Positions 7,646 to 14,843 of a stretch of 64,000 nt of DNA are shown here, in pieces (within the stretch, counting starts at the first letter, position 1; every line of letters starts with the position of its first letter). Source of the stretch: Vicinamibacterales bacterium (GTDB lineage Bacteria; Acidobacteriota; Vicinamibacteria; Vicinamibacterales; JAENWD01); the NCBI GenBank assembly GCA_036381155.1, contig DASVDJ010000074.1, positions 10,111-74,110 on the forward strand, given 5' to 3'. A program made the position numbers and the translations under genes. Below the pieces are notes generated by a model that was not told where the DNA came from, made no database searches, and saw only the letters and a list, made by a program, of their open reading frames with translations.

Positions 7646-7653
7646 GGCTCACG

Positions 7654-7788
7654 AACCACAGAGAACACGGAGGACACAGAGGACACAGAGGTCACAGAGG
7701 ACACAGAGGTCACAGAGGTCATAGAGGTCACAGAGGTCACAGAGGTTTCTTGTGTTTGGACTCCGTGTTCTCCGTGTTCTCTGTGGTT
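7654..7788. repeat. 9-mer array (GNCACAGAG x10) closed by a perfect 19-bp inverted repeat
   Basis: AACCACAGAGAACACGGAG (7654-7672) is the exact reverse complement of 7770-7788. About 95 nt of tandem 9-mers lie between them. The array sits between convergent genes. Confidence 0.85.
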
Positions 7789-7807
7789 GTGAGATCGTTC
7801 GGGCTAT

Positions 7808-8770
7808 CTAGATAGCCGGGATCAACTCGATCCGCCGGAACTCGATCTTCCCGTGGTCGCCCTGCAGCATCAGCGGACCCGGGGCTCCCTCGTTGCTGTC
7901 GAGCGCGCCGCCGGTGATCCCGGGAATCACCTCGTTGTCGACGATCGTCGTCCCGTTGAGGACGACGGTCACGCGCGGGCCGATGAGCGTGATGTCGAAG
8001 GTCTGCCACTCGCCGGCGGCCTTTGCCGCGTCGACGTACGGCGTCAGGAACCCGTACACGCCTCCCATGCGCAGCGCGCTCAGCGCCTTCCCCGCATCGT
8101 CCTGGATCTGGACCTCGTAGCGCCCGCGCAGGTAGAGGCCGCTGTTGCTGCCCTGCGGGTAGCGGAACTCGACGCGGAGCCGGGCATCCTGGAAGGTCGC
8201 CTCGCTGACCAGATCGACGCACGGCGGCGTCGCCGTGAGGATGCCGTTTGCGACCGACCAGCAGCCGGCATGGCGATCGTGCCGCGGCCGCCAGCCGCTC
8301 AGATCGCGGCCGTTGAACAGCTGCACGGGCGATCCCCACGACACCTGGCGTGCGGGCGCCCGCGCCGGCGCGCGCACGCCGGTCCACGTGAGCGTGCGCC
8401 CCTGTGCGTCCTGGGTCGTGCCTTCGAGGCGGTCGCCCACGAGCCGCCCCTCGAAGCGGAGATCGGTCTTGTTCTGCTCGTACTGCACCGGCACGACGAC
8501 GGTCAGCGTGCCGTTCACGTATTCCACCCGCGTCGGGTAGCGCAGGCTGCCGAACTGTCCGACGAAGCGGCCCATCAGCTCCGTTTCCTTCCGGAGCTGG
8601 ACCTCGAGCCACGAGGGATACGGGCCATCGGCCCCCTGGACGGTGAGATCCCACCGCCCGAGCACGGCGTCGGCGAAACCGGGCGCAGGGGTCTGCCGGG
8701 CACCGAGGGTGATGCCGGCGACGGCAATCGTGACAGCAAGGAACAGCAGGAGGGAACGCAGTCGGTTCAT
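7808..8770 (-). CDS. DUF1080 (3-keto-disaccharide hydrolase-like) domain protein, exported
   Basis: The C-terminal jelly-roll signature LMLQGDHGKIEFRRIELI is present. A signal peptide (MNRLRSLLLFLAVTIAVAG) starts at ATG 8770, so the upstream track ORF extension was discarded. Confidence 0.75.
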   Translation of the reverse strand: MNRLRSLLLFLAVTIAVAGITLGARQTPAPGFADAVLGRWDLTVQGADGPYPSWLEVQLRKETELMGRFVGQFGSLRYPTRVEYVNGTLTVVVPVQYEQNKTDLRFEGRLVGDRLEGTTQDAQGRTLTWTGVRAPARAPARQVSWGSPVQLFNGRDLSGWRPRHDRHAGCWSVANGILTATPPCVDLVSEATFQDARLRVEFRYPQGSNSGLYLRGRYEVQIQDDAGKALSALRMGGVYGFLTPYVDAAKAAGEWQTFDITLIGPRVTVVLNGTTIVDNEVIPGITGGALDSNEGAPGPLMLQGDHGKIEFRRIELIPAI

Positions 8771-8777
8771 GGAGGGC

Positions 8778-8786
8778 AACATATCA
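8778..8786 (-). promoter_or_regulatory. extended -10 box TGATATGTT, 7 nt upstream of ATG 8770 (leaderless-type)
   Basis: The minus strand reads CTGATATGTT-gccctcc-ATG. Confidence 0.45.
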
Positions 8787-8913
8787 GATCCCGGACCGCT
8801 GCCGATCACGCGCGTGCCGTGAGCGCGACGACAGTCGTCGCGGGTGTGGTGACCTCGCGACACGCGTGGCGTCGAGTCTCAGCGGGCCAGGCCCACGGCC
8901 GCTTCAGCAGACC

Positions 8914-8932
8914 GCCGGATCGGAGATCCGGC
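8914..8932 (-). terminator. hairpin GCCGGATC-gga-GATCCGGC downstream of the GAF regulator gene
   Basis: 8-9-bp GC-rich stem about 35 nt after the stop at 8966. There is no U-tract. A second hairpin lies at 8824-8842. Confidence 0.35.
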
Positions 8933-8965
8933 CGCAGGAGGGCCCGGAGGGGACTCGACTCGACG

Positions 8966-10339
8966 TCACGGGCGTGTCTGGAGCACCGGCTCGCATCCGA
9001 GCTCCAGCACGAAGCGCCCCCGGCCGCACGGCGCGAGCCGGATGTCGGGGCACTTCTGTTCGAGCCGCCGGCGGAGGAGGATCAGCCGGCTCTCGAGATT
9101 GTCCTTCCACTCCGGCAGGTTGAGTGAGCGATCCAGCCGGAGCTCGCGGTTCGTGAACTCGGTGCGCCCCGTCGTCTGGTGCTCGTTGAGCAGCCGCCAG
9201 AGGATCTTCGCCGGCAGGCTGCGGATCAGGTACTCCCCGTCCACGAACACGCACTCGGCGCCGTTGTAGTAGACGACCTCGCGGCGCACGCCGGCGGCCG
9301 CGCGCCGGGCGGGACCCGTCGCGCGCGACGCCGGGGCGTGGGCCTCGGTGCGCGGCTCCGCCGCGCGCTCGTGGAGCTGCATGTTCTGGATCGCGATCGC
9401 GAGATAGCTGCCGAGCAGCTCGATCGTCGTCTTGTCCTCTTCGTGGAACCGGTAGGGGACCTCGCTCTCGATGCAGAGCACGCCGACCAGCTCGCCGCGC
9501 ACAAGCAACGCCACGCCGAGCTGGCTCTCCGGGTTCGGCAGGCCCGGCAGGCGAATCGGCGGACGGGGCAGCTCGCCTCGCGCCTCGCGCTGGGAGGCGA
9601 GCGCGTACAACATGCCGCGCAGCAGCCCGGAGATGCGGATCGGCTTGCGCGCCTCGGCGACCATGCCGCAGATGCCTTCGCCGATCCGGACCTCGGCGCC
9701 CGCGCCGTCCTCGTCGTAGCCGCGCGTGGCGAGCGTGACCAGCGTCCGCTCGTCCTCGGATGGCACGAGGATCATCGAGTACCGGAACCCGAAGCTCGCT
9801 TCGAGGCCCGCGAGGATCGAGTCGACCAGCTGCTCGAGCGTCTCGGCGCGGTTGATGCGCGCGCTGAGATCCTGGAGGGCGGCGAGCGTGAAGACCGGGC
9901 TGAGGGACTCGCGCTGACGGCGGCGCGCCTCGCACGCCGGCTCCTCCGGCAGCGGGTCCACCGAGAGCACTTCGTAGATGTCGGCCGCGCGCAGCCGGAA
10001 GATCCCTTTCAGGCCGCAGTAGGACGCAATTGCCTCGATGCGCAGCGCCATCCGGTCGAACACCGGACCCTCGGTCTCCGACCGGACGTAGAGGAGACGC
10101 AGCCGCCAGCCCTGGCCGGTGTCGGGGTCCACGAGCGCGACGAGCGCGTGCGGGTTCTCGGTGATGTTGCGCCGGCTCTTGTTGAAGAACTGGAACGACA
10201 GCGCGACGTGCCGGCTGTCGACGTACTCGACGTGGCTCAGATACGCGGCGTTCGGGGTGCCGTCCTTCGCGCAGGTGAAGAGCTGCGCGGGCAGCAGGCC
10301 CTGGAAGCAGCTGGTGAGCGACTCGAGCGGCGGGGTCAT
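8966..10339 (-). CDS. one-component regulator: PNPOx-like split-barrel + GAF + OmpR-type winged helix
   Basis: The N-terminus is PNPOx-like (LFTCAKDGTPNAAYLSHVEYVD..HVALSFQFFNKSRRNI). The middle is GAF-like (ICGMVAEARKPIRISG, GELVGVLCIESE). The C-terminus is trans_reg_C-like (LPAKILWRLLNE...NRELRLD...LESRLILLRRRLE...GRGRFVLEL). ATG 10339 overlaps the upstream stop (ATGA). Confidence 0.7.
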   Translation of the reverse strand: MTPPLESLTSCFQGLLPAQLFTCAKDGTPNAAYLSHVEYVDSRHVALSFQFFNKSRRNITENPHALVALVDPDTGQGWRLRLLYVRSETEGPVFDRMALRIEAIASYCGLKGIFRLRAADIYEVLSVDPLPEEPACEARRRQRESLSPVFTLAALQDLSARINRAETLEQLVDSILAGLEASFGFRYSMILVPSEDERTLVTLATRGYDEDGAGAEVRIGEGICGMVAEARKPIRISGLLRGMLYALASQREARGELPRPPIRLPGLPNPESQLGVALLVRGELVGVLCIESEVPYRFHEEDKTTIELLGSYLAIAIQNMQLHERAAEPRTEAHAPASRATGPARRAAAGVRREVVYYNGAECVFVDGEYLIRSLPAKILWRLLNEHQTTGRTEFTNRELRLDRSLNLPEWKDNLESRLILLRRRLEQKCPDIRLAPCGRGRFVLELGCEPVLQTRP

Positions 10340-10794
10340 TCGAGGGCCGCTCCCGCGTGCGGACCCGGCGTCTGGTCGAACACGGCCGTGACGCGCAGGC
10401 GGATGGCCAGAGCCGGCCAGGTCACCCAGGCCCCGGCCAGGCTCGACGGGATGCCGATCGCGTCGAGGCTGCGCATGAAGGCCGCCCATTGGCCGTCGAT
10501 GAGCGGCCGCTCCTCGCCGGACGCCGGGCGAATCCCGACGCACACGCCCTTCACCTGGCACGCCCGGTCGTCGATCGGCCTGGCGAACGACACCGCGATC
10601 TGACCGTTCGATTCGAGGTTGGCGCGCAGGCGCTCGGCAGCAATCTCCGCCGCGTAAACGGTTACGTGCGCGCCATCGGCGTCGATGGCGGCAGCCAGGG
10701 CCCGGGCACCCTCCGGCCGCAGGGCATCGTCTCGGGTGCCGAGATAGATGCCCAGGCCTTCCTGGAGAAAGCTGGCCAGCTGCGTGTCGATCAT
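10336..10794 (-). CDS. pyridoxamine 5'-phosphate oxidase-family (FMN-binding split barrel) protein
   Basis: 152-aa ORF with PNPOx-like strand pattern (ASFLQEG.GIYLGTRD..LRPEGARA...VTVY). It is translationally coupled to the downstream regulator. Confidence 0.6.
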   Translation of the reverse strand: MIDTQLASFLQEGLGIYLGTRDDALRPEGARALAAAIDADGAHVTVYAAEIAAERLRANLESNGQIAVSFARPIDDRACQVKGVCVGIRPASGEERPLIDGQWAAFMRSLDAIGIPSSLAGAWVTWPALAIRLRVTAVFDQTPGPHAGAALE

Positions 10795-10806
10795 CGACAG
10801 CGGGCC

Positions 10807-10812
10807 AGTATA
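10807..10812 (-). promoter_or_regulatory. -10-like box TATACT, 12 nt upstream of ATG 10794
   Basis: The minus strand reads TATACT-ggcccgctgtcg-ATG. There is no Shine-Dalgarno. Confidence 0.3.
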
Positions 10813-10855
10813 GCGCCGGGCCCGGAAACCTGCGTATATCGCCGCTAGGAAAGTT

Positions 10856-10885
10856 TTAGCGTCCCGGTAAGGAGGACTTAGCGTC
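10856..10885. promoter_or_regulatory. direct repeat TTAGCGTC x2, 22 bp apart, in a divergent promoter region
   Basis: Copies at 10856-10863 and 10878-10885 lie in the relatively AT-rich 168-bp spacer between the PNPOx operon and the cytochrome c genes. The spacing is two helical turns, as expected for winged-helix sites. Statistical support is weak. Confidence 0.2.
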
Positions 10886-10962
10886 GGGCTCTCGTCTTTT
10901 CCTCTCAGAATTCATCGCGGCTTCATGAACGCCCGATTCATCCATTCCCGAGGACTCATCGC

Positions 10963-11562
10963 ATGAGAACGCCAACGTCAACGCTGGGAGCGCTGTTCGT
11001 CATGACTGCCGTGGCGGCGGCGACCCTGTCCGGGCCGACCGCCGCGGCGCCGCCTCAGGCGGGGCCGTCGGCCCCGGCCGATCGCATCGCCCGCGGCGAG
11101 TACCTGGTGCGCATCATGTCGTGTCACGACTGCCACACGCCGCACAAGCCGGCGCCCGGTGGCGGCATCGAGCCCGACATGACCCGGGCGCTGTCCGGCC
11201 ACCCGCAGGACATGAAGATGCCGCCGCTTCCGAAGCTGCCGGAAGGGCCCTGGATCGGGGTGCTGGGCGCGACCATGACCTCCTGGGGCGGCCCATGGGG
11301 CGTCAGCTTCACCGCCAATCTCACGCCCGACAAGGAGACCGGCCTCGGCACGTGGACGGAGGAGATGTTCATCGCGACCATCAAGTCCGGCCGCCATCAG
11401 GGTAAGGGACGTCCGATCCTGCCGCCGATGACGGGCGTGCTCAACGCCGTCCGGTCGCTGACCGACGAGGACCTCCGTGCGGTCTTCGCGTACTTGCAGT
11501 CGATCAATCCGGTTCGCAACAAGGTCCCGGAGCCGATCGACCCGGCGGAGGAGGAACGGTGA
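10963..11562 (+). CDS. c-type cytochrome (mono-haem), exported
   Basis: A signal peptide, one CHDCH haem-binding motif preceded by GEYLVRIMS, and a distal Met region (RPILPPM) are present. Confidence 0.75.
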   Translation: MRTPTSTLGALFVMTAVAAATLSGPTAAAPPQAGPSAPADRIARGEYLVRIMSCHDCHTPHKPAPGGGIEPDMTRALSGHPQDMKMPPLPKLPEGPWIGVLGATMTSWGGPWGVSFTANLTPDKETGLGTWTEEMFIATIKSGRHQGKGRPILPPMTGVLNAVRSLTDEDLRAVFAYLQSINPVRNKVPEPIDPAEEER

Positions 11563-12668
11563 CAGCGTTGTGGCGCCGGGGCCTGCGCCCCGTGGCGCCG
11601 GCGGGAGGGGCCGCGCCCGTCGCGGTCCTCCTGCTGCTCGCGCAGGCGATCGGCGCGGGAAGCACCGGCGAGGGGGATGCGGCCATCCGCGCGCCTGAGC
11701 GGCTCGTCGAGACCGGCCTCTATCGCGAAGGACATCCGGGGGAGATCCATCCGGCCAACCGCCCGTTCTCGCCGCAATACCCGCTGTGGACGGACGGCGC
11801 CGCGAAGCGGCGCTGGATCCATCTGCCTCCCGGCACGCCCATCGACGCCGCCGATCCGGCCGCCTGGGAGTTCCCGGTCGGCACGCGGTTGTGGAAGGAG
11901 TTCTCGTTCGGCGGACGCAAGGTCGAGACGCGCATGCTCTGGCGCGCGTCCGACACCCGGTGGGTGGCCGTCAGCTACGTGTGGAACGCCGATGGCACGG
12001 AGGCGACGCTGGCGCCGGAGGAGGGTGTGCCGGGCGCCGCCGATCTCGGGAACGGCAAGTCGCACACGATCCCGGCACGGTCCGACTGCGCCGCGTGTCA
12101 CGGATCATCGCCCCGGCCGCTCGGGTTCACCGCGCTGCAGCTCTCCGACGACCGCGACCCGCACGCGCTGCACGCCGAGCCGCTCACGCCCGGGATGCTC
12201 ACGCTCGCGGCGCTGATGCGCGAAGGGTTGCTGACGCCCGCGCGATCCGGACCGGCTTCACACCCGCCGCGAATCCGGACCGCGAGCCCGCGTACGCGCG
12301 CGGCGCTCGGCTACCTGCTGGCGAACTGCGGCAGCTGCCACGCCCGGCCCGGTCTCATCGCCGGGGTGGAGCCGTTCTTCCGGGAGGAGGATCTGCTGCG
12401 GGACGGCGACGCGGTGGCGCGGGCGCTCGTCGGCCGTCTCACCGCGTGGGCGGCGCCGCAGCGGGAGGGACACACGCTGCTCGTCGATCCGAGTGGTCCC
12501 GAGGCGAGCGCGCTGGTGTTCCGGATGCGGTCGCGCCGCCCCTCGTCGCAGATGCCGCCGCTCGGCACCGTGGTGCGCGACCAGGCGGCGGTGGACGCGA
12601 TCGCGGAGTGGATCAGGACGGAGCTGCCGCCGCAGCCCGCACCGATTCAGGCGCGCCGGGTTCCCTGA
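11559..12668 (+). CDS. exported protein with two CXXCH motifs (putative di-haem cytochrome-like)
   Basis: CAACH and CGSCH motifs are present. GTG 11559 overlaps the upstream TGA (GTGA). The family was not recognised more precisely. Confidence 0.55.
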   Translation: MTALWRRGLRPVAPAGGAAPVAVLLLLAQAIGAGSTGEGDAAIRAPERLVETGLYREGHPGEIHPANRPFSPQYPLWTDGAAKRRWIHLPPGTPIDAADPAAWEFPVGTRLWKEFSFGGRKVETRMLWRASDTRWVAVSYVWNADGTEATLAPEEGVPGAADLGNGKSHTIPARSDCAACHGSSPRPLGFTALQLSDDRDPHALHAEPLTPGMLTLAALMREGLLTPARSGPASHPPRIRTASPRTRAALGYLLANCGSCHARPGLIAGVEPFFREEDLLRDGDAVARALVGRLTAWAAPQREGHTLLVDPSGPEASALVFRMRSRRPSSQMPPLGTVVRDQAAVDAIAEWIRTELPPQPAPIQARRVP

Positions 12669-12700
12669 TCCTGGAGCAGTGGCCGCTGGGACTTCGGTCG

Positions 12701-12790
12701 TCTCTGCGGCCACTGCGTCCTTCGTGACCTCGGCGTTCCCGACACTGCGGTCCTCGTCCCCTCAGCGTTCTCTGTGGCCGCTGTGGTCTC
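12701..12790. repeat. degenerate 9-mer array of the CTCTGYGGY type (reverse orientation of the CACAGAG family)
   Basis: CTCTGCGGC CACTGCGTC CTTCGTGAC CTCGGCGTT ... CTCTGTGGC CGCTGTGGT. It lies between convergent genes. Confidence 0.5.
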
Positions 12791-12816
12791 GCGAGCGCAG
12801 CGGATTCGCCCGATGA

Positions 12817-14055
12817 TCAGAATCCCATCTGCTGCCTGCCGAGCGGTGTGAGATCCGCCTCCGTCGCCCGGCCCACGAAGTCCACCTCGAAGTCCATCGG
12901 CGCGAAGTCGGGCGCGGAGCGCCCGGCGAGGAACGCCTCCCGCTGCTTCGGCAGATAGGCGCGGTTCTTCGGGCAGTCGGGCGCCGACCCGATGTAGATC
13001 ACGCTCGCGTACTCGGTCCCCGCGTGCCGGTCGGCCACGGCATGGCAGATGTCGGTGTGCCAGAACACCGTGTCGCCGGGCTGCACCTCCGGGATCGAGA
13101 CGAGCCCGCCCACCAGGTCGGGGTGCCAGTCCGGGCCGACGCCCAGCGCACGTCCCGGCGCGGCGCCGCAGAGGTCGTTTTCCGCGACATCCTCCTGCAG
13201 CGCGCGCAGCAGCACGTAGATGATCCCCTCGACGAGCGGGATGAGCTGCAACGTGCCGTCGTTCGGTCCCTGTCGCGTCAGCGCCGTCCACCCCTGCCAC
13301 GTGCGGAACATGCTGCACACGGCGGGCGAGGGAATCTCCTGCGTCTCGAGCCGGTGCGCGGCGTCGAACGGATCGTAGGCGCGCCAGTGTCCCGCGAAGA
13401 CATCGCGATACACCTGCTGGAATCCCGGATCGATCCAGCGTTCGACCGTGCCGGCGTCCATGTGCGGCGACAGCCCGAGCGTCTCGTCTCCGGGGCGGCG
13501 CCGCCGGACGCGATCGGCGTAGGTGCACTCGCGATCGGGATCGAACACGCCACGGTGATTCCACAACCGGTTCAGGAACGCGCGTGTGGCGGCCAGCCGC
13601 TCGTCCTGGCGGGCGAGCACCTGCGGGCGCGACCAGTAGATGTTGAAGATCTGCGGCGCGCCCGCCTTCAGCGTCGAGAAGTACTGATCGAGGCCGCGCT
13701 TCTCGGCCTCGCGCTCGTTATAGCGGTTGGTCTCGAGGTACTCGCCGATCTCGTCGAACCAGCCGCGCGCGACGGACGCGGGGAAGACGCCGCGCACGAC
13801 CGCACAGCCGGTCCGGCGCACGGCCTGCAGCGTCGCATCGCTCACCCTGCCTTCGTCGATGTCGCGCCAGGCGATCTCGGGAATCACGGGACGGCCGGCC
13901 TCCGCGTCGGCGCGAATCCGATCGACGGCGCGGCGCACGTGATCGCGGACCTCCCCGAACGCCCGCGCCAGCACGTCGCGGCGCGGGGCCATGTCGCGCT
14001 TGAACGCGACGATGCGGGCGGTGACGTCGACGGATGCGGGTGCGTGCGTGTGCAT
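12817..14055 (-). CDS. DUF1479 (YbiU-like) family protein, putative Fe(II)/2-oxoglutarate-type oxygenase fold
   Basis: The 412-aa length and sequence pattern (LGLSPHMDAGTVERW, TVFWHTDICHAV) match my recollection of the YbiU family. GGAGGAGCTC lies directly upstream of the ATG. Confidence 0.55.
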   Translation of the reverse strand: MHTHAPASVDVTARIVAFKRDMAPRRDVLARAFGEVRDHVRRAVDRIRADAEAGRPVIPEIAWRDIDEGRVSDATLQAVRRTGCAVVRGVFPASVARGWFDEIGEYLETNRYNEREAEKRGLDQYFSTLKAGAPQIFNIYWSRPQVLARQDERLAATRAFLNRLWNHRGVFDPDRECTYADRVRRRRPGDETLGLSPHMDAGTVERWIDPGFQQVYRDVFAGHWRAYDPFDAAHRLETQEIPSPAVCSMFRTWQGWTALTRQGPNDGTLQLIPLVEGIIYVLLRALQEDVAENDLCGAAPGRALGVGPDWHPDLVGGLVSIPEVQPGDTVFWHTDICHAVADRHAGTEYASVIYIGSAPDCPKNRAYLPKQREAFLAGRSAPDFAPMDFEVDFVGRATEADLTPLGRQQMGF

Positions 14056-14119
14056 GAGCTCCTCCGGCGGCTGATCGGGGGAGTGTAGCGCAGCGCGGGA
14101 CGCCCGGCTGATGCGAACC

Positions 14120-14175
14120 GGCCGAACTGAAGTTCGGCCCTCCGTCGGCCCTAAGTCAGCCCTGCGTCGGGCCCT
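14120..14175. repeat. REP-like palindrome (GGCCGAAC-TGAA-GTTCGGCC) plus GGCCCT-containing tail units
   Basis: Opposite loop orientation to the 1577 copy. It is followed by CTCCGTCGGCCCT AAGTCAGCCCT GCGTCGGGCCCT. Confidence 0.75.
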
Positions 14176-14178
14176 GAT

Positions 14179-14655
14179 TCAGCTCCGGTCGTAGAACGCC
14201 GGCGGCTCGATCCCGAGCGCCCGCAGGTAGACGGACGCCTGCCCGCGGTGATGGATCTCGTTGTCGATCACGTACATGAGCAGCACGTGCAGCACATCGG
14301 TGTACTGGCCGAACGCGGTGATCACCTCCTGGAACCGTGACGGCGGGATCTGCGGCCACAGCCGCTCGATTTCCGCCGTGCCTTCGTCCCAGAGCCGCAG
14401 CAGCTCCGCCTTGGTGCGCTTCGGCCGGTCCGGCGACCACTCCCACTTGTCCGTGACGACTCCGCGTACCATGGGCGCGCCCATGCCCAGGAGCTCCGCG
14501 ACCAGCACGCCGAACGGACGCATGCCGCCGATGGAGAACGTGTAGAGCTGATCCTCCGGATAGGCGTCGATGATCCGGCGGGTCAGACGGCGGTGCCCCA
14601 GCCAGTGGGCGAGCATCGCGTCGGGGGTGATGAACGGGACAGCGTGGTTGGGCAC
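14179..14655 (-). CDS. DinB-family (DinB_2) metal-dependent protein
   Basis: The four-helix DinB pattern is present, with EIHHRGQ near the C-terminus. GTG 14655 was chosen because GGAGGAG lies 3-5 nt upstream. The start is uncertain (ATG 14616 is an alternative). Confidence 0.65.
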   Translation of the reverse strand: MPNHAVPFITPDAMLAHWLGHRRLTRRIIDAYPEDQLYTFSIGGMRPFGVLVAELLGMGAPMVRGVVTDKWEWSPDRPKRTKAELLRLWDEGTAEIERLWPQIPPSRFQEVITAFGQYTDVLHVLLMYVIDNEIHHRGQASVYLRALGIEPPAFYDRS

Positions 14656-14843
14656 GAGCTCCTCCAGGTGTTGACAGTGGGCGAAAGTATAGCGAAAGTA
14701 GGTCGGCGCCGCAAGGCAGGCGATGATTACCGCCGCCGCGCGCCGTCCAAGGCAAGAGTGCGGCCGGCCCGGATGGTCCGGGCCGGCCGGGTTCGCTGTC
14801 GATTCCGGTACTCGCTCGCCGTCAACCGGGTAACGGGTCACCT

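Noticed and set aside
7522-7740. Small ORFs encoding repeat peptides: MTSVTSMTSVTSVSSV here, MRIADCGLIADS at 56339-56614, [21 protein letters not shown] at 60956-61174, and AAGSWQPAAGSRQLAAA at 44927-45202
   Set aside because: They are translations of the 7- and 9-bp tandem arrays. They are open only because of the periodicity of the repeats, have no ribosome-binding sites, and lie between genes.
7654-7788. Possible CRISPR arrays at the tandem-repeat loci
   Set aside because: The repeat period is 7-10 bp with no unique spacers. CRISPR repeats are 24-48 bp and alternate with spacers of similar length. No cas genes are present in the window.
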